Shown: positions 7,581-17,126 of the stretch, piece by piece
Layout of the letters: every line of letters starts with the position of its first letter
Numbering within the stretch: position 1 is the first letter of the stretch
Source of the DNA: Candidatus Aenigmatarchaeota archaeon
Lineage (GTDB): Archaea; Aenigmatarchaeota; Aenigmatarchaeia; QMZP01; QMZT01
DNA length: 64,000 nucleotides
Reading direction: 5' to 3'
NCBI GenBank assembly: GCA_041489155.1
Contig: JBGPQP010000003.1
Coordinates: 1 to 64,000 of the forward strand
Notes under the pieces: model-generated
What the model was told of the DNA's origin: nothing
The model's input: the letters and a program-made list of their open reading frames with translations, nothing else
The model's database searches: none
Translations under genes and position numbers: made by a program

Positions 7581-9455
7581 ATGAGCGACATTCTGAAGGA
7601 GCTGCAGAAGACGCTGCCAAAGGACGCACAGATAACCGAAGTGAAATTCGAGGGGCCGGAAATCGTGCTCTACACCAAGAACCCGGACTTCTTCCGCGAC
7701 CATGACCGCGTCGTGAGGGAGATGGTCTCGAACCTCAAGAAAAGGATAGAGGTAAGACCGGATCTCTCGATAACGATGGACATGGAGAAGACCAAGAAGA
7801 AGATAAAGGAAATCGTCCCCGAAGAGGCTGGCATCCGCGAAATCTATTTCGAGCCGGAGCTGGGGAAGGTCGTGATAGAATCCCAGAAGCCGGGCATGGT
7901 CATAGGCAAGGGCGGCGAGACCTACAAGAAAATCAAGAACGAGACGCTCTGGTTGCCGAAGATCGAGCGCGCGCCCGCGATCGAGAGCGCGATAGTCCGC
8001 GCTGTCCGCAACCTTCTGCACACCGAAATCGACTACCGCAAGAAGTTTCTTAATTCGATAGGCCAGAAAATAAACGCGCCGAAGAAAGAGATTTCTGACC
8101 GCTGGGTCAGGCTTGCCGCGCTGGGCGGTTTCCGCGAGGTCGGCCGCTCGTCAATGCTCGTCGAGACGCCGGAATCCAACGTCATCCTCGACTGCGGGGT
8201 GAACGTCGCGTCAGACAGCTATCCTTACTACAACGTCCCGGAATTCAACATAGAAAAACTCGACGCCGTTGTCATCTCGCATCCGCACCTCGACCACTGC
8301 GGCTACGTGCCCTGGCTGTATGAAAATGGCTACAACGGCCCGCTTTACTGCACCGCGCCCACGCGCGACCTGATGGTTCTGCTGTGTCTCGATTATGTTG
8401 ACATATGTCATAGAGAGGGAAAGGACGTGCCCTACACGAAGCGTTCGGTCGAAAAGGTCGTGAAGCACACGCTCGCGCTGGAATACGGCGAGGTTTCTGA
8501 CATGACGACGGACATGCGCCTTACGTTACAGCCGGCAGGCCATCTGCTCGGCTCTGCGCTGACGCACCTGCACATAGGCGAGGGCCTGCACAACATCCTT
8601 TACACTGGCGACCTGCTCTATGGCCAGTCCATGCTTTTCGAGCCCGCGTACACGAATTTCTCGCGCGTCGAGACGCTGATAATCGAATCCACGTATGGCG
8701 GGCAGAGCGACCTGAAGCCGTCCAGGAAGGAGGCCGAAGATAAGCTCATGCGCGTCGTGAATGAAACCATGGAAAAGGGAGGCAAGGTTCTCATCCCCTC
8801 GTTCGCGGTCGGCAGGGCGCAGGAAGTCATGTGCATACTCGCCGCGAACAATTTCCAGCATCCGGTCCACATGGACGGCATGCTGTGGGACGCTACGGCG
8901 ATACACACCGCGTACCCTGAGTATCTTTCTCGCTACCTCCAGAGGCAGATTTTCCACCAGGGCAGCAACCCATTCATTGCGGACATTTTCAAGCGCATAA
9001 CGGCCTCGAAGGAGCGCGAAGCCGCCATCGGCTCGAGCGAGCCGGCCGTAGTCGTCGCGACATCGGGCATGCTCGTGGGCGGGCCTGCGCTGGAATATCT
9101 CAAGGCGTTTGCTGCCGATAAAAAGAACACGCTGCTTTTCGTCGGCTACCAGGCAGAAGGCTCGCCGGGACGAAGAATACAGAAGGGCTGGAGAGAAGTC
9201 CCGATAACGACGGAGAACGGCAAGACCAGGACCATAAACATGGAAATGACTGTCGATACCGTTGAAGGCCTTTCCGGCCACTCGGACAGGAAGCAGCTCC
9301 TCAATTTCGTAAACAGGCTCGCTAGCAGACCGGATAGGATAATCTGCAACCACGGCGACGGCTACGCGACGATGGAGCTCGCCAGGGACCTGCACAAGTA
9401 CCACAAAGCCGAAACTGTTTCCCCGAAGAACCTCGACGTGCTGAGGCTGAAATAA
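7581..9455 (+). CDS. fttA: beta-CASP ribonuclease aCPSF1 / termination factor FttA
   Basis: N-terminal KH domains, GGFREVGRS, HPHLDH, GHLLGS, SGHSD; follows psmB as is conserved in archaea. Confidence 0.93.
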   Translation: MSDILKELQKTLPKDAQITEVKFEGPEIVLYTKNPDFFRDHDRVVREMVSNLKKRIEVRPDLSITMDMEKTKKKIKEIVPEEAGIREIYFEPELGKVVIESQKPGMVIGKGGETYKKIKNETLWLPKIERAPAIESAIVRAVRNLLHTEIDYRKKFLNSIGQKINAPKKEISDRWVRLAALGGFREVGRSSMLVETPESNVILDCGVNVASDSYPYYNVPEFNIEKLDAVVISHPHLDHCGYVPWLYENGYNGPLYCTAPTRDLMVLLCLDYVDICHREGKDVPYTKRSVEKVVKHTLALEYGEVSDMTTDMRLTLQPAGHLLGSALTHLHIGEGLHNILYTGDLLYGQSMLFEPAYTNFSRVETLIIESTYGGQSDLKPSRKEAEDKLMRVVNETMEKGGKVLIPSFAVGRAQEVMCILAANNFQHPVHMDGMLWDATAIHTAYPEYLSRYLQRQIFHQGSNPFIADIFKRITASKEREAAIGSSEPAVVVATSGMLVGGPALEYLKAFAADKKNTLLFVGYQAEGSPGRRIQKGWREVPITTENGKTRTINMEMTVDTVEGLSGHSDRKQLLNFVNRLASRPDRIICNHGDGYATMELARDLHKYHKAETVSPKNLDVLRLK

Positions 9456-9499
9456 AAATAAAGCAAAACCTGATTGATTTCTTAATTCTGAATTTTCAA

Positions 9500-10432
9500 T
9501 TAACTCAGCCAGTAGGGTTTCTTGATTGATGAGAAGGTGTGAACCGCTGCCTCAATGCCGCGTGCGCAGGCAACGGCGATGACCTTGACTTCGCCATTCA
9601 CATCGCCTGCGGCGAACACACCCGGGATGGAAGTTTCATAATTGCTTGAAGTCTTGATGCTGCCGTCCTTGTTCTGCTCGATGCCGTTGTCCTGCAAGAA
9701 TTTATTTACCGTCGAGAAGCCGATGGCCGAAAAGATGGCATCGGCCCTGTTTTCAGAAGCACGATTGGTTTTCCTGTTCACTATCGTGACCTTTGAGACT
9801 TTGTCCTTGTCTTCGATGCCAACAAGCTCGGAGTTATAATGAATGATTATGCCTTTTCTCTCGGCTTCCTTCACCGACTCTTCAGTCGCTCTGGCGTATT
9901 CGTATCTTACAACAATCCCGACATTGCCTGCAACTTCCTTCAGCTGCAGGGCGATGTCAAAGGCATTCTGCCCGCCGCCGATGACAACGACGTTCCTGCC
10001 CCTGAACTGTGACAGGGACCCGATTTTGTAGAAAACGCCTTCGCCCCTGTAATTCGAGAGGACGGAGAGCTTGTTCGGAACGTTGAGCAGCCCGGTGCAG
10101 ATGATGATGCGCTTGGCCTGATAAACCGCGTTGTTTGTTCTGAGCTCGAGGTGGCCTTCCTTCCTCCCGATTTTAAGCGCCTCCTCATTGCAGCGGATTT
10201 CGGCGCCTGCATTGATGGCCTGCATTTCCAGAAGCCGCGCGAATTCCTTTCCCAAGACGCCGACGGGAAAGCCGGGATGGTCTTTGATGAGCTTGTCAGG
10301 ATAGAAAATAAGCGGCTGGCCGCCGGGTTTTTCGTACTGCTCTATCACGAGGGTCTTCAGGCCTCGGTTCGACGTGTTTGTCGCGGCTGTAAGGCCGGCC
10401 GGGCCCGCTCCTATTATTACGATGTCATACAT
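9500..10432 (-). CDS. Thioredoxin-reductase-like FAD/NAD(P) oxidoreductase without CxxC (ferredoxin-NADP reductase-like)
   Basis: GAGPAG, GGQP, VIGGG, GVFAAGD; no redox CxxC. Confidence 0.8.
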   Translation of the reverse strand: MYDIVIIGAGPAGLTAATNTSNRGLKTLVIEQYEKPGGQPLIFYPDKLIKDHPGFPVGVLGKEFARLLEMQAINAGAEIRCNEEALKIGRKEGHLELRTNNAVYQAKRIIICTGLLNVPNKLSVLSNYRGEGVFYKIGSLSQFRGRNVVVIGGGQNAFDIALQLKEVAGNVGIVVRYEYARATEESVKEAERKGIIIHYNSELVGIEDKDKVSKVTIVNRKTNRASENRADAIFSAIGFSTVNKFLQDNGIEQNKDGSIKTSSNYETSIPGVFAAGDVNGEVKVIAVACARGIEAAVHTFSSIKKPYWLS

Positions 10433-10492
10433 TCTTCAAACCCAGAGCTATGCTTATAGCAACAATTAAAAAGTAAAGGGAAATGGAATCCC

Positions 10493-10843
10493 TTACCTCA
10501 GAACCCTCGCGTGCTCGGGCGCCAGAATGAGCCAGTCCTGTTCTACGCCGATTATCTCGCCGTTCTGCGCAAGGACCGTCTTCTTCAGCTTCTCCACTGC
10601 GCGCTTGAGTTCTCCGAGGTCTTTTTCCTTTAGTGCCTTTATCTTCAGGAAGACCAGCGAACCCTCGCGTATGGACTTGAGAATCCTGTCGGTGTCCGCG
10701 AAGTCGTCGAGCTTCTCGATAGATATGCCTATCTTTCCTGGCATTCTCGACTCTGAAACCCCGACCTCAACGAAGTCTTCCTTGGGCACGTCTTCGCTAT
10801 TCATGTCCCTGACTATGGTCCTTTTGAGCCTGTCCAACACCAT
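10493..10843 (-). CDS. sepF: Cell division protein SepF family
   Basis: Size and LKRAVEKLKK...GEIIG....LILAP pattern of archaeal SepF. Confidence 0.8.
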   Translation of the reverse strand: MVLDRLKRTIVRDMNSEDVPKEDFVEVGVSESRMPGKIGISIEKLDDFADTDRILKSIREGSLVFLKIKALKEKDLGELKRAVEKLKKTVLAQNGEIIGVEQDWLILAPEHARVLR

Positions 10844-10945
10844 ATCAACCCCTCCCTGTCAATAGAACAACATCATGTCCGCATGTTGCTAAAAATATAT
10901 GGCAGGGAAGATTTATAAAAGCTTGTCTGCGGCGAACAGAGAGAG

Positions 10946-11203
10946 CTAACCGCATTGCTTGCTCAGTTCCTCGAGCTTCGATACGACATCCCAGATTTTC
11001 GTCCTCGCGTAAAGGGACAGGTTCGGGTCGTTCGACGCGTCGTCGAGCATGCTTATCATGGTCGAAATTTTCACGCCGTCCGATTCGTTCTCGCTCTTTA
11101 TGGAATTTATCGATTCCTCTATCGTGCTCTTCACGTTCCTCGGGACGCCGCGGTCCTTCATTACCTCTTCAAGCAGCTCGATCGCCTTGTCTATCTTCCC
11201 CAT
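10946..11203 (-). CDS. UPF0147 family protein
   Basis: DRGVPRNV...LDDASNDPN....RTKIW. Confidence 0.88.
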   Translation of the reverse strand: MGKIDKAIELLEEVMKDRGVPRNVKSTIEESINSIKSENESDGVKISTMISMLDDASNDPNLSLYARTKIWDVVSKLEELSKQCG

Positions 11204-11228
11204 GCTATCACTCTTACATGCGAATGAA

Positions 11229-11585
11229 TTAGTCTTCGTTTTCTTTCGTCTCCGGTGGTTTCACGTGAATAAGCCTGGTCCTGAGCTCGTCGATTTTTTC
11301 CTTAAGCCTTGCTTCCTGCTTTTCGAGCGTCTTGACGCGGAGGTTGATCATGTTTTCCTTTTCTTCTAGGTCTTTCTGCACGTCGGCGGTGTCCATCCTT
11401 ATCATTATCGTGCCGGAAAGCTTGTAGACGGATTTCTCTTTTGTTTTTTTAACTTCCTCCAGCGCCCTCTTTATTTCGTTGAGCTCGAGGGCGAGCGTCG
11501 TCTTCTGCGTCATTACGTTCTGTATCTGCTGGGTGTAGAGCTGGGCCTGATGCAGAACCTGACCGGACACTTCTTTTTCAGCCAT
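11229..11585 (-). CDS. pfdB: Prefoldin beta subunit
   Basis: Coiled coils flanking VYKLSGTIMI hairpin; superoperon context. Confidence 0.88.
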   Translation of the reverse strand: MAEKEVSGQVLHQAQLYTQQIQNVMTQKTTLALELNEIKRALEEVKKTKEKSVYKLSGTIMIRMDTADVQKDLEEKENMINLRVKTLEKQEARLKEKIDELRTRLIHVKPPETKENED

Positions 11586-11589
11586 CACA

Positions 11590-11745
11590 TCACCTTGCGT
11601 TTATCCTTTTTACGGTGGAAGGCCTCTTCTTCTCAAGAATCCTGTAGCCGCAGTAGGGGCATATTATCTTCTTCGCCTTCTGCAAGTCGATTTCAACCGG
11701 CTTGCCGCAGTTGAGGCATTTGTAGCCGTAATCCTTCTTTTCCAT
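11590..11745 (-). CDS. rpoP: RNA polymerase subunit P (Rpo12), 51 aa, below the ORF track cutoff
   Basis: Hand translation MEKKDYGYKCLNCGK...IICPYCGYRILEKKRP; lies between rpl37ae and pfdB. Confidence 0.92.
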   Translation of the reverse strand: MEKKDYGYKCLNCGKPVEIDLQKAKKIICPYCGYRILEKKRPSTVKRINAR

Positions 11746-11755
11746 AACACCAACT

Positions 11756-11974
11756 TCAGACCCCCGGCTCGTAGGCCTTGCCCGCGAACTTAAGGCCGCA
11801 CTTCTTGCAGTACCATATGCCGGGATTTGGCCTCTTCATTCCGGCTTTAAGGCAGCGCGGGCAGACTTTCTTTTCTTTCTGGGCTTTCTCGATTTTCAGC
11901 AGCCTTGTCTTTATGCCCCTGCCGTACCTTACGCCGAACCTTCCAGTCGAGCCGACTTTCTTTGTCCTTCCCAT
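11756..11974 (-). CDS. rpl37ae: Ribosomal protein L37Ae (eL43)
   Basis: TKKVGSTGRFGVRYG, CPRC, GIWYCKKCG..FAGKAY. Confidence 0.95.
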   Translation of the reverse strand: MGRTKKVGSTGRFGVRYGRGIKTRLLKIEKAQKEKKVCPRCLKAGMKRPNPGIWYCKKCGLKFAGKAYEPGV

Positions 11975-12031
11975 GTTACCACGTTCTATCGCTTTGCAGA
12001 TTATTAATTTTGATTGTTTTTATTTCGAAGC

Positions 12032-12808
12032 TTATAAGCTTTTCTTCACGAGCTCGCGTATCCTCCTGCCTTCTTGTGCCGAATGCTCGACCGCCTGTTC
12101 TATGATGTCCATGGTGAGCAGGCCGACGCTGCCCTTCTGTATCGCGCATATCCTGCCGTCGTGCGTCGTCGTGACCGTTATCCTCCCTTCCATAGCATCC
12201 TCTTCCTCGAGGCTCGGATCGGTTACGAGTTTCCCGTCAAGTATCGCGCACGTGACCGGAATGGGAATCTCCTTCAGCGGAAGCTTCTCGTGCGTTTTCT
12301 CGTAAACTATTTTTTCATCCTCGTACTTCGGCATCCTCGCGGCCATCAGGGCGGCGATTGCCGCGATGCCGGCGGCGTCTATGAGGTTGCCGTCCTGGCT
12401 CAGCGGCTGGATGTCTATCAGCACCATCCAGACCTTCTCGCCTTCCTTTATGCAGAGCTTCGCGTTGTCTATGCACTTCGACTCGCGTATGCCGCGATCG
12501 ACGATTCTGGCGAGTTCTATCGCGCTTTCCCTCGGCGGGCCGAGCTCGAACTCCGGCGAGGCCAGCGGCGAGAATTCCGCGTTCACCATCAGCACGCCCT
12601 CGTTGGGCGTGTCGGGGAACGGCTCGCCCACTTCAAGCTTGACGCCTGCGATGACCTCGGTGTCGCCTATCTTGACCCTTGCCGAGCCCTCTGCCTGCTC
12701 GATCGGGTTTATTTCTATCTCTATCTTCCTGTATTCGTTGATCTTTCTGCCGTCGAGCCTCATGCCCTTGGAAACGTGACTTGCTATGTATCTTGACTGG
12801 AAGCTCAT
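12032..12808 (-). CDS. rrp42: Exosome complex protein Rrp42
   Basis: RLDGR, PFPDTPNEG, ELARIVDRGIRES, DGNLIDA. Confidence 0.95.
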   Translation of the reverse strand: MSFQSRYIASHVSKGMRLDGRKINEYRKIEIEINPIEQAEGSARVKIGDTEVIAGVKLEVGEPFPDTPNEGVLMVNAEFSPLASPEFELGPPRESAIELARIVDRGIRESKCIDNAKLCIKEGEKVWMVLIDIQPLSQDGNLIDAAGIAAIAALMAARMPKYEDEKIVYEKTHEKLPLKEIPIPVTCAILDGKLVTDPSLEEEDAMEGRITVTTTHDGRICAIQKGSVGLLTMDIIEQAVEHSAQEGRRIRELVKKSL

Positions 12809-13503
12809 TCAAATCCCTCCTTTGACCATTTTTCAAGCAGCGCCTTCCTCTGGTGCTCGTAAAGGACCTCGCATCCCTTCACTGCGAGCCTTATCACGCC
12901 TTTAATGTCGTCCTTGGTTATATGGCCGTCCATCTGAAGCAGCGTGAACTTCTTCTCGCGCGGCATGTACGCTACCGGAAGATCGCATTCTGTCACCTCT
13001 TCCTCTTCCCCTGTCAGGTCGAGCGCATAATGCCCCTCGACCTTGCCTGCCGCTATCGACGTCACCAGGTCGCGCATCTGCACGCCCGCGTCGGCTAGTG
13101 CGAGGCTGGCTGCGTTTATGCCTGCCGTGCGCGTGCCTGCGTTGGCCTGCAGTATCACGATGTAGACGTCGATGGTCGTGCGAGGGAAGTCCCTGAGGAA
13201 CAGCGCAGGTTCGAGCGCCTCCCTCGTGACTTTCGAGATTTCCGTGCTCCTCCTCGAGGGCCCGGGCCTCACGCGCTCTTTCGTCGAGAACGGCGCCATG
13301 CTGTAGTTGCACTGCACTATCGCGCGGTCGCTTTCCTGCATGTGGCGCGGGTTAAGCTCGCGTGGGCCGTACGCTGCCGCGATGGCGATGGTCTTGCCTA
13401 TCTTCACCATCGCAGAGCCGTCAGCATGTTTTAGCACGCCGACTTTCATCTGTATCGGCCTCATTTCATCCGCTTTTCTTCCGTCTCCTCTTTCCATAAT
13501 CAT
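12805..13503 (-). CDS. rrp41: Exosome complex exonuclease Rrp41
   Basis: RGDGR, YSMAPFS, RRSTEISKV, AGTR, LLQMDG. Confidence 0.95.
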   Translation of the reverse strand: MIMERGDGRKADEMRPIQMKVGVLKHADGSAMVKIGKTIAIAAAYGPRELNPRHMQESDRAIVQCNYSMAPFSTKERVRPGPSRRSTEISKVTREALEPALFLRDFPRTTIDVYIVILQANAGTRTAGINAASLALADAGVQMRDLVTSIAAGKVEGHYALDLTGEEEEVTECDLPVAYMPREKKFTLLQMDGHITKDDIKGVIRLAVKGCEVLYEHQRKALLEKWSKEGFE

Positions 13504-13513
13504 TTCCTCCTCT

Positions 13514-14332
13514 TCACTTGCCCTCGCTGAGAAGCTTCGCGATGTGGTCTGTCAGGCCGGATATCTGCGAATTCTCCTCGATTTCAAGTATTGCTTTCGC
13601 CGCAAGATTTTCCCTTTCTCCCTGCATCCATATGACCCCGTTCTGCCCGACGGAAATCCTGCAGCCTGTTTTATCCTTTATCATGTTTATCATCGAGCCC
13701 TGCTTGCCTATCACTCTCGGGACTTTCACTGGCGATATCTTTATCACCCTTCCGCTCTCGAATTTCCTGGTACTCATGCCCTTCATGGATATCTTTATGT
13801 CCTTCATGGGCGTCACTTCCATTACCTCCGCGTATATCATGTCACCCACCGCGTATATCTTCGAGAGGTCCGTCCTCGACGGCTCTATGAAGCCCCTCAC
13901 GCCCGAAAGCGGCATGAACGCCTTGTACGGCGAGTTGACGTCGATTGTCCATCCCGAATACTGGACTTCGAGGACCGTGCCTATCACCATGTCGCCAGCA
14001 TCCGGCATGTATTTGCCTGAAAGCGGCACGACGTCTATCACGCGCCCCCTGTAGTAGATAATGCCGAGCCTTTTCGAGTATATGGAATTGCCGTCCCTGT
14101 AGCAGTTCCTTCCCGGAAGGTAATCCATGGATTCGACTATCCTGTCTCCCGGCAGGACGACTTTCCTTTCGTTTTTCGGCAGTGGTCCTTCGGGTTTGAC
14201 CTCGTCCGCGGTCATTACCTGCGTCTCCTTTTCCTCTGCCGTTATTTCTGTCGTTCCGATTTCGTCTTTTTCGATTTTTTCCAGTTCCTTTTCGAATGTG
14301 TCAACCAATTCCTTTCCCTCTATCAAAGTCAT
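13514..14332 (-). CDS. rrp4: Exosome RNA-binding protein Rrp4
   Basis: VLPGD, S1 domain, KH domain PVKVPRVIGKQGSM; acidic N-terminal extension. Confidence 0.93.
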   Translation of the reverse strand: MTLIEGKELVDTFEKELEKIEKDEIGTTEITAEEKETQVMTADEVKPEGPLPKNERKVVLPGDRIVESMDYLPGRNCYRDGNSIYSKRLGIIYYRGRVIDVVPLSGKYMPDAGDMVIGTVLEVQYSGWTIDVNSPYKAFMPLSGVRGFIEPSRTDLSKIYAVGDMIYAEVMEVTPMKDIKISMKGMSTRKFESGRVIKISPVKVPRVIGKQGSMINMIKDKTGCRISVGQNGVIWMQGERENLAAKAILEIEENSQISGLTDHIAKLLSEGK

Positions 14333-14347
14333 AGTATCACCGATCGC

Positions 14348-15052
14348 CTATATCTTGTGCTCCTTAACGATTTTAACATCAACCCTGCCGGCAGTCAGCT
14401 TGTTCAGCTTGTCGTAAATGTCCGCCTGCATGCCCGCCGGTATTTCAATCAGCGCTATCCACGCCGTGCTCGTCCATTCCTCCTTCTTCACGTCCGTTAT
14501 TTCCCTCACGATCGAATTCGCCTTTCCGGCGTATTCGATGGGAACCTTCAGCGCGACCTCGATCCTTTCAAGCGATATGGGAAGGACCTCCTGTATCTTG
14601 TCCAGGACGAGCTTTACCTGCTCCTTCGCGGGCTTGAACGGGTCGATCATCGCCTTCGTCTCGGCCATCGCGTTCAGTATCCTCGAAACCGGATGGGGCA
14701 TTTTAGTCCTCGGGTCCATGCCCTGCCTGGCGATGATGGTCGCGATTTCTTTCTTCTTCTCCTCTATGAACCTGTGCCTCTGCTCCGTCGTAAGCTGGAT
14801 GTCGCCTTCCTTGAGTATTTTTGTTGCCACTTCCCAGATGTTCGTCGTCCCGAAGCCCTTGTGCAGCTCCTCCGCAGAGTGGCGGTCGCCGTTCCTGGAG
14901 TCCTTGAACACTTCCTTTACAGCCAGAATGCTGTCGACGTCTATCGTCTTCCCTCGCCTGAATTCAAGCGCCTTGTCGGGATCGACCAGAATCTCGAAGT
15001 TCATGCCGGCTTTCGTTATCCGCGCTATGACTGCCTCGTCAACAGAAACCAT
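14348..15052 (-). CDS. Ribosome maturation factor SBDS/SDO1
   Basis: FEILVDP, GDIQLTTEQR, DPRTKMPHP. Confidence 0.95.
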   Translation of the reverse strand: MVSVDEAVIARITKAGMNFEILVDPDKALEFRRGKTIDVDSILAVKEVFKDSRNGDRHSAEELHKGFGTTNIWEVATKILKEGDIQLTTEQRHRFIEEKKKEIATIIARQGMDPRTKMPHPVSRILNAMAETKAMIDPFKPAKEQVKLVLDKIQEVLPISLERIEVALKVPIEYAGKANSIVREITDVKKEEWTSTAWIALIEIPAGMQADIYDKLNKLTAGRVDVKIVKEHKI

Positions 15053-15098
15053 AGAACCACCCTTCGCTTCCCTTCCGCGTAACCGCCTGAAAAACCGC

Positions 15099-15800
15099 TT
15101 ACTGGTATTTGTCGATCTCGCCAGCAGAAACTTTCTTTATGCCCTTTTCGGTTATCACCGCGATCTCGATGTTGTCGTTCGTCACGCTTTTCTCTCCTGC
15201 CTTTAGCGCCTTGACAACGAGTTTGAGACCGTCTTTCACCGGCATCTTGTCTTTGTAGCCCGCTTTTATCACGGCCTTCGCTTTCTCGGAGCCTCTGCCT
15301 ATCGCCTGTGCCTTCCACTGCAGCATCGTTCCGGACGGGTCGGTTTCGTAAAGGTTCGGTCCGTCGACGTCGACGCCGCCTGCGAGCAGCCCTATGCCGA
15401 ACGGCCTGATGCCTGCGTACTGCGTCGCCATGTGCTTGTGGTTTGCCAGGTATTTCGCCGTGGTGTGAACCGATACAGGCTCTCCGTAGGTGATCCTGTT
15501 TACCTGCGCCTTGACCCTGGCCATTTCAACCAGGTATCTCGCGTCCGCCAGAATGCCTGAGCCGACTATTGCTATGTGATCGTCTATCACGAATATCTTC
15601 TTGTAATTGTCGCTGACGCTTAGGGGAGCGGATGATTTCGTGGCTCCCAGTATCACGCTGTCGTTCACAACCAGTCCTACTGCTGTGCTGCCCCTTCTGA
15701 CGGCCTGCCTCGCGTATTCCACTTGGAGCAAGCGACCGTCGGGCGAAAAGACGATTATCGTCCTGTCATACGCCATGTAATTGGGCGGTGAAGGTTGCAT
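15099..15800 (-). CDS. psmA: Proteasome alpha subunit
   Basis: YDRTIIVFSPDGRLLQVEYA, RPFG, TDPSG. Confidence 0.96.
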   Translation of the reverse strand: MQPSPPNYMAYDRTIIVFSPDGRLLQVEYARQAVRRGSTAVGLVVNDSVILGATKSSAPLSVSDNYKKIFVIDDHIAIVGSGILADARYLVEMARVKAQVNRITYGEPVSVHTTAKYLANHKHMATQYAGIRPFGIGLLAGGVDVDGPNLYETDPSGTMLQWKAQAIGRGSEKAKAVIKAGYKDKMPVKDGLKLVVKALKAGEKSVTNDNIEIAVITEKGIKKVSAGEIDKYQ

Positions 15801-16007
15801 TTTCCAAACCTCCTATATTAAACATGAATTGATTCTGATTTTCTGATTGACCCCGTAACCCAGTTTTAATTATTCAATTATTTTGACTTTTATATATAAA
15901 AACCTTCCTTGACCGGATTAACGGAGTTTCGTAATATTTAGAGGCGAACCTTCTTTATAAATCTTCGGAGCAACTTAATTATTAAGTTCGATAGCAGGGG
16001 TGTTGTT

Positions 16008-16547
16008 ATGAAAAAGGTTCTGATTGCTTTGGCAGAGGGTTTCGATGAGATAGAGGCGCTCGCGACGGCAGATATACTGCAGAGAGCGGGCATTCAAGTC
16101 GTGCTTGCAGGCCTTCCGGGAACGATGATAAAGGGGAGGTCGGGCATAAAAGTCGTCGCTGACAAGAGGATAGACGAGATAAATTCCAGCGAATTCGACT
16201 GTCTTGTTTTGCCTGGCGGCAACCCCGGCTACATAAACCTCGGCAAGTCGAAAAGGATAATTGAAATCATAAACGAGTTCGACAGGCAGAAAAAACAGAT
16301 AGCCGCGATATGCGGAGCGCCTTCAATCCTCGCGAAGGCAGGGATTCTCGACGACAGGAGGGCGACTATATTCCCCGGCATGGAAAGGGAAGTCCCGAGG
16401 CCGAGGACAGGAAAGGTAATCGTCGACGGCCACATAATAACCTCGCAGGGACCGGGAACGGCGATAGACTTCGCCCTGGAGATCGTCAAGAACCTTGTAG
16501 GCAAGGCACAGGCCGAAGAAGTCAAGCGGCAGATAGTATACTGCTGA
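16008..16547 (+). CDS. DJ-1/PfpI (YajL-like) family protein
   Basis: GFDEIE, LPGG, AAICGAP, TSQGPGTA. Confidence 0.92.
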   Translation: MKKVLIALAEGFDEIEALATADILQRAGIQVVLAGLPGTMIKGRSGIKVVADKRIDEINSSEFDCLVLPGGNPGYINLGKSKRIIEIINEFDRQKKQIAAICGAPSILAKAGILDDRRATIFPGMEREVPRPRTGKVIVDGHIITSQGPGTAIDFALEIVKNLVGKAQAEEVKRQIVYC

Positions 16548-16628
16548 ACCGGGAAGCAAAATTCTTGAATTCAGCTCCTCGCATTCTCAGTTTTATTTTT
16601 AATGCAACCAGCTGTAATAATCATAGAC

Positions 16629-16702
16629 GGGCCCATAGCTCAACCGGATAGAGCGACCGGCTTCGGACCGGTAGGTTGGGGGTTCGAATCCCCTTGGGCT
16701 CA
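16629..16702 (+). tRNA. tRNA-Arg(TCG), intronless
   Basis: GGGCCCA/TGGGCTC acceptor; ACCGG-CTTCGGA-CCGGT anticodon arm; GGTTCGAATCC T arm. Confidence 0.95.
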
Positions 16703-16703
16703 T

Positions 16704-17126
16704 ATGCGATACAAGAAGAGCGGCGCAGCTTTTGTCATCCGTCTGGACAAAGGCGACAAGATAAACGAAAAGCTGACGGAATTCTGCGCAAAGGAGAAAA
16801 TAAAGGCCGGCCATTTCGAAGGCATAGGCGGCGTGAGCAGGGCGGAGGTCGCATACTTCTCGCCGCAGGACAAGCAATATCATGCTAAAGTTTTTGACAG
16901 GCCGCCGATGGAAGTCCTTTCGCTTAAAGGCAACGTATCGTTGGCTGATGAAAAGATAAGGATACACGCGCACATGCTTTTCAGCGACTCTTCATTCAGC
17001 GTTTTCGGCGGCCATCTCAATGAAGCGATAGTGTGGCCGATGTGCGAGATAATTTTTGTTCCGCTCAAGGCGAAACTGCAGAGAAAAAAGGATAAGGAAA
17101 CCGGGCTTTTCATGCTAAATATATAA
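16704..17126 (+). CDS. PPC/DUF296 domain protein
   Basis: VIRLDKG, GIGG, EVLSLKGN, HAH, GGHL; the upstream part of the track ORF is the tRNA. Confidence 0.88.
   Translation: MRYKKSGAAFVIRLDKGDKINEKLTEFCAKEKIKAGHFEGIGGVSRAEVAYFSPQDKQYHAKVFDRPPMEVLSLKGNVSLADEKIRIHAHMLFSDSSFSVFGGHLNEAIVWPMCEIIFVPLKAKLQRKKDKETGLFMLNI

Noticed and set aside
11229..15800. Exosome-proteasome-prefoldin gene cluster as a novel system
   Set aside because: Well-known conserved archaeal superoperon
16602..16703. N-terminal extension of the DUF296 ORF
   Set aside because: It is read-through of the tRNA-Arg gene; the domain starts at 16704
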